Positions 1-15,165 are shown, counted from the first letter of the stretch. The stretch is DNA of 64,000 bases from Eledone cirrhosa (GCA_964016885.1 OZ024743.1:109616001-109680000); one strand, 5' to 3'. Numbers and translations: made by a program. Notes: a model not told the origin generated them from the sequence alone.

Positions 1-392
1 TCTACGCCACTCGTTCCCTCCCGGCGTCGGATCTTATCACACTCCGCGGGAATTCCGGCCGCCACGGGGGCCGGGTTGGCATTTGAGGGCCGGTCCCCGG
101 GTGGTCCCCCGCGCTCCGATTTACGGTCATTCTGTCGCCGCGGTGTGCGGCCAATGCTCACCATCTTCACCGCGTTAGTTTTAGCCATGTAGTCGGCCAT
201 GTTAGGTGCTGTGGAGAAGGAAAACATCACCGCGTGGCGGTTGAAGATTTTGTGGTACTTGTTCGTCGGCGGAAAGCACTCATCCAACGCTCGGAAGAAA
301 AGTACTGGCACATTTGTGCGTAATTGTTTGGAGTAAGGCGCATTAAACCAGGTAACGGTCTTAGATCTGTTCCTTCGTGTGCGTGGAATCGT
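1..392 (-). mobile_element. Penelope-like element fragment (RT-EN linker), runs off the left edge
   Basis: Manual minus-strand translation RSKTVTWFNAPYSKQLRTNVPVLFFRALDECFPPTNKYHKIFNRHAVMFSFSTAPNMADY aligns with the linker of the PLE at 48130-48330 (NIIWF.PPFSLNIKTHIAKLFFNALDNRFPRTHRYHSIFNRHTIKLTYSSTKNL). Not in the ORF track because it has no stop inside the window. Confidence 0.8.
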
Positions 393-448
393 GTTGGTGT
401 GTATATGTGGAGTCGTGCATGCGTGTGTATACGTGTCTGTGTCTATGT

Positions 449-520
<72 letters not shown>

Positions 521-1530
521 TGTGTATCTGTCAGTGGGTGTGTGTGGATGTGGGAGCGTACCTACACCCACATAGGATAGGGTTTGTCTATGTGTTTATA
601 TGCGGGTACATATACTTGTGTGTAGGTATATGTACATGTGTGTGTATGTGTGTGAATGTGTGCTTATGTATTTAGAAGTGTGTCTGTCCTTGATGTCTAT
701 CCATAAGGCTATGCGTGTATGTGCGTATGTATCCATGTATGTGTCTGAGAGTGTTTGTGTATATATGTGCTGATGTGCCAGACCTCCATTATGTGTTTTT
801 GTATGCGTGGATGTGTGTGTCTGCGCATGTGTGCGCGTATACTTGCGCGTGAGACCAGATGTATGGCGCTGTTTAGGCAGGCGCAATTAGGCATATGGCG
901 GTCATTATGTGGATGTGGGTGTGCCTCGGTTTATGGAAGAGAGGGAGTGTGTGTGCGTGTATAAATGTGCATCGGGGTATGTGTGTCTACACATGTGTGC
1001 GTGCGCATGTGTATGCATGCATGCGTGTGTGCCTGCACGTGTGTGTATATATGTGTGTGTGTGCATATGTGGGTACATACTATGGAGTGTAAACAGACGT
1101 GTGAGATACCAAACCCAGCATGGCTCCATTGAAGTGTGTCGGGCGGAAAATAGCTGATGACCAGTGTAGCAGTAAATAGTGACCAGAATTATGATGACGT
1201 AGAATAACAAAAGCCAATGGTATGACAAGAGTGGAAGAGGTTTTTTGAAGGTGTTTTTTGACGATAACACCCCAGTGAGAAAATTTGCTCCGAACGTATT
1301 GTCTGTGTCGGAAGGAACCTGCAGCCGTAGAATCAGCCAGATTCATACAGTGATCATATCTCGAGCTACCTGCCGGCGAAACAATTGTAACACGCAATAA
1401 ACTGAGTCCAGATGCATCACTGATTTTTCGTTTTTTTATACTATTCACACTCTGCTCTGTATGAATATTGAGTTTTAATTTTCGCATACCGCCTATGGAA
1501 GCACCATAGCTACCATAATACACACGTATA
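393..1530 (+). mobile_element. Probable PLE 3' UTR/pseudo-LTR, inverted relative to the adjacent ORF fragment; degenerate long-stem-II hammerhead at ~1303-1395
   Basis: TG-rich tract, then ...GGCGAAACAATTGTAACAC, AATAAA and a tail. The 1375-1530 segment is clearly homologous to 11073-11225. Confidence 0.5.
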
Positions 1531-1547
1531 TTTATATATATATATAT

Positions 1548-1578
<31 letters not shown>

Positions 1579-3490
1579 CGTATGTGTGTGCGTGCGTGTG
1601 CGTGCGTGGGTGTATGCATTTTATATTTTGAGTTAAGCATCCACTACTCTTATATCGAATTCCATGATGTACCTTCCAGGTGAACATGATTTAAACTCCG
1701 GGTACGTTGGCTTGTATTTCATATTGGTAAGCATTATTCTTATTTTTGTGGGCTTATTTCGTATACGTGGAATTAGCTTAAAATGACTTATCTACAGTAT
1801 ATATATATATATTCACGTACCTTATACTTCGTTTTAGTACAGAAACTGTCAGCCCAACTCCGCACTGATTTACTTAAGTTACATAATAATTTGAAAGTCA
1901 CCTTCAGGCTTATCCTAATTTATCCAGCCTGTGTATTAGATAGCACTGCTATCGATATTTAACTCATTCTTTTTGTATGTCTCACCTGAACATGTATAGC
2001 TTTTATCGGATCCTATTCTGCTTCATGAAATCGGAACATGTATCTCGAAAATGCTTTGTTAACTCTTCACTAGTATCACAGATCATACAATTGGTTACCG
2101 TCGCTGCTCTTTCATTTGTTACTACTCCAGATGTGACTTAAGCAATAAATGATGGAATAGAATTTCAAATATAGAATCTGTAACACCTCGTTTCATATTC
2201 GTGCGACTGTATATCGGACAAACATTTTCATTAAGCATTAATGTGGTGTAAAATGGTAACCTATGCATTTGATACATATATTTCCTCCATTTGAAATGCA
2301 CCAAATTAATATGATTCCTATACATTTCAAGGAATGTGTTACGCTTAATACTGCCCCCCTTACACTTCGGCGTATGCGTTTGATTTACACTGAAGCTTAT
2401 AAAGGAAAAAAAAACATGATACGTACATGGTAACAGAGAAATATACCCGATCCGATTATTTTGTTATTTTATCAATATGAATTTCAAATGCTATAGGTTG
2501 AAAAATATGACAGGCAATCATATACGGAATACTTTTGTCGGGACTAACTCCATTGTTTGATAAATGAATTGTGTGTTTAGACACTATTTATTTACGGTCA
2601 TAACTTATCTTGTCACATAGTTTTAAATGTTACACATAAGACATGTTGCTTTTACTTTGTCAAGAGCTGAAACCTGATCACACGTTACTGATATATTTTA
2701 GTAGAGCTGCGTACCAGCATCGCAACATCTCAATTTCAGAGCAGAAAAGCGTATTTGATATTGTGAAAATATATTCTTAACAACAGAATTAAATTGTGTT
2801 CTCCACTCTAGTGTATATAGAGTGTACATTTCTAATGTAATTATAATGAGGGGTATTATTTTTCAAGTGGCATTTATGTTGATTAATTACAATTTTATAG
2901 CTGGGACTATCAGAACAGAACCCTTTACCGAAACGAACAAGACCTAAAGTAACACTATATAGACACGCGTAAGTTAAATAAAGGCGTCACGATGTGAATA
3001 AAAATGTGATGTTTCATAAAGATAGAAGAATTTGAAGACGTTCGCACTATGTAAATTCGATCATAATGTATTAACTATGCATTTGCCACATTCTGTGTCT
3101 TTATCTATACCTTTCACGCTCACGTTTTCATACAAATATACTCAAACATATATAAACCATGTACACAGTAATACTGTGTATGAAGAACGTCAGTATGAAG
3201 AACGCAATTAATTCGCACAAAATGTGTTATCAAAATTCATATCGAGTCAATTTCGTACTAATGCCTAATCAAATATCGACTATGTCAATACGAGAGAAAA
3301 ATATCTGGATTAATATGAAATAGAAATATATGTGTAGTTATTAATTTAACAATCACATCTAAAGAAGGATTTGAAGGGAAAGCTATAAAAGCGTTATTCA
3401 TAAACACGCGCACATACACAATATACAATCACATATGCGCACATACCCACACACACATATATATATATATATATATGTGTGTCTCACACA

Positions 3491-3589
<99 letters not shown>

Positions 3590-3763
3590 ATATATATATA
3601 GATATATATGTATAAATATTTCTTCAATGGAATATATAAAAAGGAAACTAATCAGTATTGCAAGGTATCTATGTTCAAGGTTCTGGTTAGTTTTTAATAT
3701 GTTACGTCCGTAACTAGGTGTGTTTACACTCTTTATAAATTATCCCCTGTAATTGTTTGAAGT

Positions 3764-3799
<36 letters not shown>

Positions 3800-4057
3800 G
3801 TCCTTCGACTTTTAATTTAATTTTAGTAAATGCTCGGATTTATTACTTGGGATCTTTGAGCTTCTTCAACAGGTAATATGGCGCATGATTTTGATATTCT
3901 CAGACATGGCACTTTTAATCTGATTTGGGTAGTATATATATATATACATGTAGAAGTTGTATATAAGGTGTTGGATTCCGACAAACATGAATGCATTTCC
4001 GATCGATTAGGTATGATTTTCATTGGCACGTCTTTATTTATAAAACAAACTTTGTAT

Positions 4058-4105
4058 TTTATCTGATGAAAGCGCACCAAGGTTGCCCTTGAAATATATA
4101 TATTT
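4058..4105 (+). ncRNA. Type I hammerhead motif in a short PLE-end fragment (~3798-4152)
   Basis: CTGATGA-aagcgcaccaaggttgccctt-GAAA-tatata-TA. The downstream tail (ataaatatggttttata...atatagtttccatttat) matches the 3' end of the PLE at 50270-50320. Confidence 0.6.
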
Positions 4106-4238
4106 ATAAATATGGTTTTATAGATATAGTTTCCATTTATGTAATATCATGGTATATATATATATATTTATATATGTATATATATATATTTAGCACTTAT
4201 ATATATATATATATATTTAACACTTTAATATATATATA

Positions 4239-4276
<38 letters not shown>

Positions 4277-4542
4277 GTGTTAAACGATACTCAATGATTC
4301 TGTCAAACAATGAGTTTTACAGTAGATTGGAAGCACCCTACGAGAAATAACTTTCCGGAGTTATTAATATTAAAATATAAATATTAATAAAATAGATGTT
4401 CTTTTCATCAATTACATGTTATTATACATAGTGCGGATGTAGAACAGTACGTCCTCGTCAGACAAAATATAATGATACATGACATACCCTGAGATATTAA
4501 ATGGTACAGCTTTAATCAAGGTAGATATATATATACATATAT

Positions 4543-4620
<78 letters not shown>

Positions 4621-5014
4621 TATATAAAGTAAGTGGGAAGTCACAAAGTCACTGTTGCAGTATATGTATAAATGCTATTGGCATGTTACAATCCTTTCAA
4701 TATTGATCAGCTCTAGGTACAATCATAAATCCGGGGGCCAGGGACTTCCTCGGTATCTCATCAAATATGCGAGTTTATATTTGAAAGGACACATCAAAAT
4801 GTTACACTTATCTATGAAAACGATTGTAGTATGCCAATAAGTTTATACAAATCCTGCAACACTGACTTCGATCCTACTTTATTTACACTCTGTACTGAAC
4901 ATCAGCCATCACTCTGCAATACAACTGAAGAGACGGACCTAGTAACAGCATCGAACGCTTCGACGGGGCACCTCATGCAACTGTAGTTCTAGTTCCAAAC
5001 TTAAGCACACACAC

Positions 5015-5264
5015 AAACACAAAAGTGACACAGAGGAGACTGAGGTTAGGTGGACATCCTCACCGACATCCAAAGTTGTCACTGCACTCAGCGCTCTAGT
5101 GGGAGCAGCTGCATGGACACACTTGGAGAGGAAGACCAAGGTTAACATATGTGGGTGCCTTAAGGCCAGACACTGGTCTGCTGGAGACGCAGGACATGGC
5201 AGTGATAATGAGGGACAGAGACCGCTGGGGAGAACTCGTCCATGGATCTCGGAAATTTTACCCG

Positions 5265-5268
<4 letters not shown>
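5015..5268 (+). mobile_element. RTE-clade LINE 3' fragment (decayed)
   Basis: Translates [68 protein letters not shown], the typical RTE C-terminus (RRLRLAGH...GRP...DR..W). Ends in (TA)n. Confidence 0.75.
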
Positions 5269-5347
<79 letters not shown>

Positions 5348-5355
5348 TAAATATA

Positions 5356-5881
5356 TATGTAAGTATGTATGTATACGTACATACATATATGTATACAGAC
5401 GTACAGTAGCATGTATATATATACATACAGGCACACACATATATATGCACGCATCAGTTTACCGAACATTTATTATAATGCTCGGTTTGTTCGTTTGTAA
5501 ACAAACAAACAGCCTAAATTACGCCGTTCAGTGATTAGGCAACAACGTCACCTTTTTGTTCAACACTGACACAGGAACGATGTACTAGTTTCAAGCTTAT
5601 TAGCTATCGTCAGCACCGTATACCTTTCTGCCAGATGGTTGAACGTCCGAAAGTATTTTTTTTTAATGAAAATTAACGGCTTAGCAGCCTAATTTGCATA
5701 TCGAGTGAGTTCAGTCGGCCAGGCTCACCGAAAACGATAAATGGAATAGAATGAAACGAAATTTCATTTCTCACTCTTAGTACGGCACTTACTTAAATGT
5801 AAGTATGTATGTATACGTACATACATATATGTATACAGACGTACTAAGAGTGAGAAATGAAATTTCGTTTCATTCTATTCC

Positions 5882-5885
<4 letters not shown>
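5356..5885 (-). mobile_element. Retrozyme-like family A (~430-440 bp unit), locus 1
   Basis: Terminal direct repeat (5359 vs 5799, period 440) plus a short inverted end (5841-5885). Minus-strand HHR at 5577-5619. Homologous to 24262-24962, 26791-27222 and 34765-35898. Confidence 0.8.
5577..5619 (-). ncRNA. Type I hammerhead ribozyme (family A)
   Basis: Reverse complement acggtg-CTGACGA-tagct-aata-agctt-GAAA-ctag-TA-catcgt: stem I, stem II, palindromic ACTAGT stem III and a GUA cleavage triplet. Confidence 0.85.
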
Positions 5886-5971
<86 letters not shown>

Positions 5972-5972
<1 letters not shown>

Positions 5973-6326
5973 GTTATGTTATAAACAACATGAGACAATT
6001 ATTCCATTTACCACAGGTTTCATGAAAACAGACGAGCTCGACACAGACGTTTGAAATCGCTCATAAGAATGACATTTTATTAGATGTGGATAAATTAGGA
6101 CGTATTTCCCATTACATTACGTCCTATTTTTTCCCGTCATATTATTTTATACATTCAGCCGCGCTTTCAATTGTTTTAACCTTTGTTTTTAAATCCATAT
6201 CTTTTATCCCCCTCTAATAAAATTTCATTCTGAAGAGCGATTTCAAATGTCTGTGTCGAGCTCGTCTGTTTTCATGAACCTTTTGGTAAATGGAATAACT
6301 GTGTCATGTTGTTTATTACATAACTA
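5972..6326. repeat. ~110-bp imperfect inverted repeat with ~130-bp spacer (MITE-like or foldback element) in TA-rich context
   Basis: gttatgttataaacaacatgagaca...gacgagctcgacacagacgtttgaaatcgctc (5973-6083) is the reverse complement of 6214-6324. Confidence 0.75.
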
Positions 6327-7295
6327 TATATGTATATATATAAGGATTAAAATACTGGAGCGTGTTGGAGTTAAACACCCTATTCGTATTATAGAAATGA
6401 CAGCAAAAGGTATAGCTCAATGTAATTAAACAGAGCCGAAGAATTATGAAAATAACATGCGGAGTACTATAATAATGCCCTAGCTAATTCCGGTTACTCT
6501 AGTAAAACACATTATAATGATAGTAACCTTAGAAAGTCTCCGCTTACTTATAATAATAATAACATAATATCACATAACATGGCCATGAATGGGAGTAGGA
6601 AGCATAATAACCGTAGAAATTACATAGGTGTATCTGAACCCATCCATAAGTTAACCCACCGGACTCGTAATAGGGAATATAATACCTCTAGGAAACAAGT
6701 CGAACCATCTGAGCGCTCACTCATTGGTGATGATTTTGCTAGATCTAATTCTAATAATGTTGTTTCTACAGATCCTATTATTGGCCCTAATCCTTTTGAT
6801 GGGATTCCAAACGGCAGCAGATCTACTATACGTAGAAACAGTAAGAGACTTAATGGAATTTTGGCTGATTCTAATAATGCGGTTTTAACTAATCCTTGTA
6901 ATAACCCTAGTCTTCATAACGGGATATTAGATAATGGTAGAGTCGGTAAGGATAAAAATAGAAGGAGACTAAATACTTATTTTAACCCGCCATATAATTA
7001 GGAAGTATTAACTAATATCCCTAGGTCTTTCTTTTCTATCGTAGAGAAAAATGTCCCCCCTTCTCATAAATACCATAGTATTTTTAATAAAAATGTTATT
7101 AAACTTTCATTCTCTACCACCCCTAATATTAGTTCTCATTTAGCTAGCACTAACAATAGGAAAATTAGGGATGGATACTCCTCTCTACATAATACTAGTC
7201 TGAACAGATCTGTAAATGCCTTACCACCAGAGAAGACCTTATCTATTAGTAATCCTACGTGTAATGCATCACTACTTCAGCCAACCAATAGCACC

Positions 7296-7616
7296 CGGAA
7301 GTGTAACTGTAGAGTGAGTGCTAACTGCCCTTTAAACGGTAACTGCCTCTCTAAGAACATCGTCTATGCTTGCGTAGTTATAACTAATTCCTCTAATAGA
7401 ACTTATATAGGCTCTACATCTAACACTTTTAAGACTAGCTTTAATTCTCATATCTCTAATTTCAAACATGTTAAGTTTAAGAATTCTACTTCTTTAGCAC
7501 ACTATATCTGGGATCTTAAGGGGGCTAATATACCATATAGCCTTAATTGGCGTTTAGTAGCACGCTCTAATAACCTTTCTAAACATACTAAATTTTGTAA
7601 TCTCTGTATCCTCTAG
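7296..7616 (+). pseudogene. GIY-YIG endonuclease remnant of PLE
   Basis: NIVY...YIGSTSNTFK.SFNSH motif with flanking CxC/CxxC cysteines; premature stop at 7614-7616. Confidence 0.8.
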
Positions 7617-9450
7617 ACACACTATAATTTTCTATAGTGAATCCTTACTTAATAGAAAGTCTGAGATATTCTCTGCTTGCCCCCACGCTATTTCTAATTC
7701 TTACTTTTATTATAAACCTAAAGGTTCTAGTAGTATAAATTGTATCCATTAGCTGATATATTCCATTACTTATTTTTTTAGTTTGGGTTCTTTTTGTTTA
7801 CCACCATTATTATCATCATTATTATCATTGGTTTTTGACAACTTTTTATTCTAGCTCTGATAATCTTTTGGCTACTATACCATATCTATCTTCTTACACA
7901 TTAAATTTTCACTATTAACACCTATGAGTATATATCTGATTATATATTATATATTTTATATTATTTTATATTATTTTATTTTATTTCATTTTATTTTATT
8001 TTATTTTATTTTGATTCTTCTTTGGATAAACTCCCCCCCCCCCCATGCACACATAAACTTATTGTCAAGCCCTTCAAATATATTATGATTATATTTAATC
8101 CCCCCCTCTTTTATGCTCCTTTCTATTATATAATACAGTATATTGATTATGATTTTATGCTCCTTTGTATCCTACATACATTTCTTTTTTTCTGTCCCTA
8201 TTAGCCTACCATAATTCTGCTTAAGTCAGTTTTTTAGATATCGTTATGTAAATGATAGTAGAATAATTCATTCCTTTATATATATATTTATAGTCAAATA
8301 TTATTGTTTATGAATTTTGATTACTTAAACCATAGCTAATATTGTATTGCCTTATTAGGTATTTTAAATATTTTAAATATTAATTTATCAAATAGAGTTT
8401 TCGAGTCATTTATCTGGGTTGTTTCCTAAGTTTTTACTTAACTGCATGTGAGACCAAAGTAAATACTTTTGTCTTTGTTTTTTAATTTCCGGTTGATTTT
8501 ATTTATTTATTTATTTATTAATACTACTGTGCATTGTATTTTCTGTCTGGCCCTTATTCACTCATCCACATATATGTCTGTTTACCAACCTTGTAATTAT
8601 AAGTAATTATATATTATATTATGTTCATTATTTTATATTGAAGTTGTTATTGTACTATTGATCCTTATTACTTACCGTTGATTTTATGTAACATTATGAT
8701 ATGCTAAATTTTATATATCATGTAAGATGTTTATATTTTTGTACCATCATAATTTTGGGTACTGTACAATTTATATTTTTTTCTCACCTACTCTGTAACT
8801 CTATATGAATTGATTTGTTAACTTACATGCCATTATATATTATATATATTATTATATTATTATTATAGTATTATTGTGACATCTATATTGTTTGTGTAAA
8901 TTAACCGGAGATTATCTATTATATTATATAATATATTATATAATGATATAGTTTATTATATATTATATGTGTTACTTTTAATCATTTCATTACTTCATGT
9001 ATATTAGATATACGTATTATTATTATTTTTATTCCTATTATGCTTATTTATATTTAAACTCTTAATAAGGTTTAATTTGTGCTGTTAATGATGGATATGT
9101 GTATTGATGTATATGTATATGTGCGTACGTGTGCGTACATATATACATATGTATATTGTGCCTTTTAGTTTTAATTTTTAATTTTAATTTTAATATTGTT
9201 ACAAGTATATTATATTATATTATATTGTATTATATATAATTCCCGCTCTATATAACCACCTTTGTTTAGCTCTAGTTTTTTTTTGCTTTGGACTATATTT
9301 GTAATATGGTTCAAAATGTTATACACCTCCTTAGTGATTTTTATTATATATTTTTACCCATAATCTTCCAATACCTTAGTGTATGTACACTCCATATTCT
9401 TCGGAGTTTTCGGCTTGTATTGGCCGATAGTACTTCTAGTGGTTTCCATT

Positions 9451-9488
9451 GCCCTGATGAGTCCTTAATAGGACGAAACATTGTTGGC
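9451..9488 (+). ncRNA. Minimal type I hammerhead ribozyme
   Basis: gcc-CTGATGA-gtcc-ttaata-ggac-GAAA-c-att-GTT-ggc; all three stems pair. Confidence 0.85.
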
Positions 9489-9536
9489 TAATAAAGACGT
9501 TTGATGTATTGAATTGTTCTTTGTTTTATTTTCATA

Positions 9537-9651
<115 letters not shown>

Positions 9652-9653
9652 CA

Positions 9654-10266
9654 TGGTGGCTGGCAACTCGTTTTAGAGTACGGCCTCTATTTATATCCAT
9701 GTAGGAGAACCCCTACCGATGCGCTGAACGAGTGTGACTTTTTAGTCCAGCCAGCGACTTGAAAACTCTGGTACAAACGCTACACTTGTGACAATTATTG
9801 ACACATAGTGCTGGGCCCATGGTACCATGTGACGACAAGTGCAGAGAGATCTCCAAATATAAAGCAATGCCTATGCCATGAAGTTTTTTTTATATTGACC
9901 AAAGGCACTGCACAAAAGCAGTCCACTCTCTTAACCAAGATGATATTTACCAAAAAAAAGAACAAGTCAACATTATTGGATACCATCAGGTTTGCAGGTG
10001 TTATATCAGAGTTTCCCTTCTCCTAGAATTCTGCCTTGACAAAGGCTAAGTTGTCATCTATTCCTGTGATTTTGGATGGCCATTGACTCTTAAGAGCTCC
10101 TTTTCCCTTTGGCAGGTTTTGTTTTTAGTCCTGCAGGATATCCAAAGTCACCCCCTTCACCAAGAAACCTTGGTGTGGTTGACAGTTTAGTCGCCAACGA
10201 CCCAACCATGAGACAGGTTGTACTGGGATACATGTTACGAGTATCCCCAACTGGTGACCTGACCAT
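9654..10266 (-). mobile_element. ~610-bp non-coding interspersed element, copy 1 (probable RTE-derived non-autonomous retroposon)
   Basis: Three full-length, highly similar copies with the same ends, each in TA/CA microsatellite. The segment agagttttccttctcctag...aaggctaa resembles the reverse strand of RTE 5' UTRs (recalled, not searched). Strand is inferred. Confidence 0.7.
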
Positions 10267-10537
10267 ATATATATACACACACGCAAACACACATATATAA
10301 ACAAACACATTTACATAGAGATACATATAAAAGTTATAACCATAAATCAGGAAGTAAGTATCTAAATAAGCAGTCTGTCAAAAGAATTTAAAAATCTAAA
10401 TGATAAACCGAAAGGTTTAAGTAAGAACGCACGTTCGCGCGTGCGTGCGACCTATACATAAACACAGTGTTGGACAAAAACAAAAACAACAAATTAAAGA
10501 CGAAAAATTTGAAAAATTACATAAGAGGGGGAAATAG

Positions 10538-10614
<77 letters not shown>

Positions 10615-10707
10615 CATATATATATACACACTCACGTAAATACATATATATATATATACATACACTCACATATACAAACATATGCTTATATACATACATA
10701 GCTATAA

Positions 10708-10738
<31 letters not shown>

Positions 10739-10956
10739 CGCACATGTATATACATACAAATACACACAAACACAATCATATATAAACAAAAACATACACA
10801 CCCACATATATGTATATATATATAAAAATATATATATATATATAATATATATACACACAATCACATGCACATACGCACACAGACACACACACACACACAC
10901 ATATTTATATATATATATATACATATATAAAAACACACATACACATATGCACACAT

Positions 10957-11004
<48 letters not shown>

Positions 11005-11012
<8 letters not shown>

Positions 11013-11225
11013 AAACGAAAAATCAGTGATGCATCTGAACTCAATTTATTGATCGTGTCTCGAACTGTCAGACGGCGAAACAATTGTAACACACAATAAA
11101 TTGAATTCAGATGCATCACTGATTTTTCGTTTTATATTATATCATACTCTGCTCTGTAAGAGCATAGAGTGCACAACCTGCATACCGCCTATGGAAGCAT
11201 CTTAGCTACCATCAGACATGTATAT
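11005..11225 (+). mobile_element. Short PLE-end fragment with inverted 5' piece
   Basis: 11008-11052 is the reverse complement of 11094-11138. The spacer holds the HHR 3' half GGCGAAACAATTGTAACAC. Homologous to 1375-1530. Confidence 0.65.
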
Positions 11226-11902
11226 TTATATAAATATATATAGATACATCCATATATACATTCACACGTACATAGACATATATACAAACTTACAGACACA
11301 TAAGTATATATAAATCTATACATATGCATACACACACATACACGCATATATACACATACGCATATACATATATATATATATATATACACACATATGCACC
11401 TACTCACACATATACAGACATACACAAACTCATGTATATACATACACACAATATATATATATATATATATACACATACACATACAATTAAAAAAACATAG
11501 AAAAAAATAAATAAAAAAATAAACCGTACATATATATAAACGCAAACAAAACGTATATATAAATGCAAACAAAACGTTGCAAATTTATGCGTATATAGGA
11601 ATACGGACAAGGAATTAAATATAGATAAAAACATATATATATATATACAAATTATAAATATAAGCTATCGCCGTATTTTGACTAAAGAAATTAAATAAAT
11701 TATTTGACCTGATAGTGTGGTTAAGAACCCACGCCAATACTCATCTTTTTCCATTTCTCCGAGGTTTCTTAACCCAACTATCAGGCTAAATAATTTCTGT
11801 AATTTCTTTAGTCAAAATACGGCGATAGCTTATATTTATAATTTCAAATTCGCTCGCTGTTTCGAAAAAATATTCTTACTTGATATATATATATATATTG
11901 TG

Positions 11903-12022
11903 AAGGCGTGTGGCTGAGTGGTTAGAGAATTGGATTCGCAATCGTAAGGTTGTGAGTTCGATTCCTGGACCAGGCGATGCGTTATGTCCTTGAGCAAGAC
12001 ACTTTATTTCACGTTGCTTCTT
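11903..12022 (+). mobile_element. tRNA-derived SINE (partial; CORE/V-like body)
   Basis: A box tggctgagtgg, B box gagttcgattcc, followed by gtccttgagcaagacacttta. Confidence 0.75.
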
Positions 12023-13772
12023 CTACCTGGAGTTGCGACCGATAGATAGTATTAGCAATTGGAAAGACCAATGGAAACATTGTTTCCTCGGTCCGATTTG
12101 ACGAAAGTCGATCGATTGGAAATATATATATATATATATATATATAATAGCTTGTTGATTATCGTATTCGTGGAAGTGTTTGACATTTGAATATTCGAGA
12201 AGTCCACACACAGTAAATATTTTCAAAAACATTGGGATAGTACATATGATAGTTGGTAGAATACCGTAAATTACTCTTTAAGACGGTAAAATATGGACAG
12301 GACGCCTATGAGGAAAATAATTCCGTATCACTCAAACTTTCCCAAATTTCTGAACACATAATATATATATTGATAAGCTCTTAATCCAGTTATTTCCCTA
12401 ATAATCTAAAAACTACGAACTTCGTCGTCAAAGAATCACAACACACAAAATATGACTAAAGTAGCTGCGTATAAATCGATGGTATATTCCGTGAGGCGGG
12501 AAAATACATAACCCTATTCACATATCTCAAAGGTTTATATATTCACAATTATGTCGTAGTGATAATCTATATTTCTCCTCTCAGCGGGAAATACCCTCAG
12601 TTTATTCTACAATTATTTTATGAAGATAATACCGGCCTCGTTGTTCTTTATTCGATAGTTATATTATATGTTGTACTATATATGTTTTAATGCCAGTTAA
12701 TCCCTTTTTCCACAATATACTCCATCCAACCAATTTTATAATTACTACTGAGCTATATACACCCACTTCTTAAATATAGTTAGTTTTCAGGGACCATATT
12801 CTTCGATCACATTACAATGTGAGTTGATTTACGGGCATGGATTTTGCAATAAGAAGAACCCCGAAGATATTAACGGAATGCGTGGAGCACATATATCTGA
12901 TTTAAAAATATATATTCACTTGTCTTCAGATATAATTTTTCATATTCAGTTAGAATGCTACTATTGTCAGGGGAAGGGCATTACCCATTATAGAAAATAT
13001 TCTTAACATCTTTCCATCAACCTAATACTCTTATGTTTGAGAGTTTCTGGCACGGAGTTGAGTTATGTTGCAAATATTCTCCGTTCATTCATTTCATGAT
13101 ACATATTATTTCATGGTTAAATAAAAAAAAAAAATAATAATAATACTCTGAAAAATAATAAAAGGAGAACATGAAGCGATGTCAGATTGGCAACCAAATA
13201 CAAGATGAATGGCGTTATCGTGGAAACCTGAGAATATGTGTTCTACCTTGATAAGTAAAAGTTTCCATTTCCAATTTGCAAATGTGCAAGTTATAGGTGA
13301 GAAATATCAAGGGAGTTAGATCGAATTAAATAGAAAACAACATTCAAACCTGAATATGGTTACATCATTGGTATATGCTCCATCTATCATAAGATGGAAA
13401 CAAATTAAACAAGTTATTTGTTACCGAATTCTACAAAAAACAACCAATGAATCGTAATATCCGACATGTCGGAGAATATCTACAAAAGCTATGATCCCTA
13501 CTGGACAAACTTTAGTAAACGAGTGATTTTTGAAAGATGGACACTCAGTATTTCTAATGATCAATACGATTAGTCATTGACTGTTCTGTCAATGTCATAT
13601 CGGTTTATATTCTTATATCATTTGGCCTTTCATTTTGTCTGCATCTGCTATTTATTTTCATAATCCACCCCCGTTTTCTTATAAGTTAACCTATATATAA
13701 ATAAAAAAATATACATGAATTCACACTTACATACATACGTATATATGTATATATATATATATATATATATAC

Positions 13773-13809
<37 letters not shown>

Positions 13810-13837
13810 AATATATACATATATAAATATATATATT

Positions 13838-13877
<40 letters not shown>

Positions 13878-14595
13878 CAATTTTCTTATTTTACGTCTTT
13901 CATATATATATATATATATAAATATATATATATATAATATTAACATATATACCTATAAATATATACATATATACATATATATATATAGAATATAGAATAT
14001 ATAAACATACATACCTATATATATATATATATATTTGTGTATGTGTGTACATATCAATGTATGTATATTATATGTATAAATATAATTATAAATGTATATG
14101 TGTGTCTGTGTGTTTATTCTGATCTATAATTACATATGCACTTTTCCACTACAAATATATTCATTTTAGTGGAGGATGGTTGGATGAAAACCACATATGT
14201 TATCTTACTTGTTTAAACCTACAGTGGTTTCTCGACAGGAGGTCAGACAACTGTAGCTCAATTGCTTACATTAGAAGGTACCCATTTACAGAATGGCCGG
14301 AAGGAAACCAGCTGTAAAGAGAGAAGAATGAGACGTTTTCAATGAAATATAAAGAGCAAATACTAACAGGAAGGTATTCTTGATGTCTACTGAAACAGCG
14401 TGCTGGAGCCTAATTTATATTTGACTCCACTTCTATATTTCATTTATTTGTGTTGATGTGTGCAAATCCTGAACACACGCAGACATACAAACATATCACA
14501 CGTAGAGACTTTTAGGTAGATAAGAAAGGCGAGATGCGTATATATATATATGTGTGTGTAGTGGGGGGGGGTATATCTATATATATATATATCTA

Positions 14596-14654
<59 letters not shown>

Positions 14655-14949
14655 TTCACTTTCTTAATTTGCTTGCAAGCTTTCTTATCTGAAAACGTGT
14701 GTTGAAACATATTTTTGGGGTATGGGAAGGTCATACCGCCAATAAAAATACACGCACCTATTGGTTTTCACTTCAATTTATTGTAAATTTTGTCTTGGTT
14801 TTTTCGATAACAGGATGGTTGTCAAGCTATTGGCAAACTTTTTCATCACACATTCTGTGACATCCTCAGTTATTACGCTTTTATTTTGTGTTTCTCGTTT
14901 GTTCTATCCTACACCATCTTGACAATATTCGTTGCATGAACCTCCCAAA

Positions 14950-14950
<1 letters not shown>
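14655..14950 (-). mobile_element. PLE 3'-end fragment (family B) with hammerhead at 14836-14878
   Basis: Homologous to 32270-32560, 44068-44290 and 50343-50480. Reverse complement CTGAGGA-tgtcaca-gaatg-tgtgat-GAAA. Confidence 0.7.
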
Positions 14951-15022
<72 letters not shown>

Positions 15023-15094
15023 TATAGATATATATATTTATATATAGATATATAGATAGATAGAGAGATAGATAGATAGATAGATATAGATATA

Positions 15095-15165
<71 letters not shown>

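Noticed and set aside
197-228. Minus-strand splice acceptor plus ATG (ttttccttctccacag...atggcc) as a host first coding exon
   Set aside because: It lies inside a continuous PLE-homologous reading frame.
11903-11975. tRNA gene (also 18245 and 50838)
   Set aside because: A/B boxes are present but there is no complete cloverleaf, and each continues into a SINE body; one copy has a TSD.
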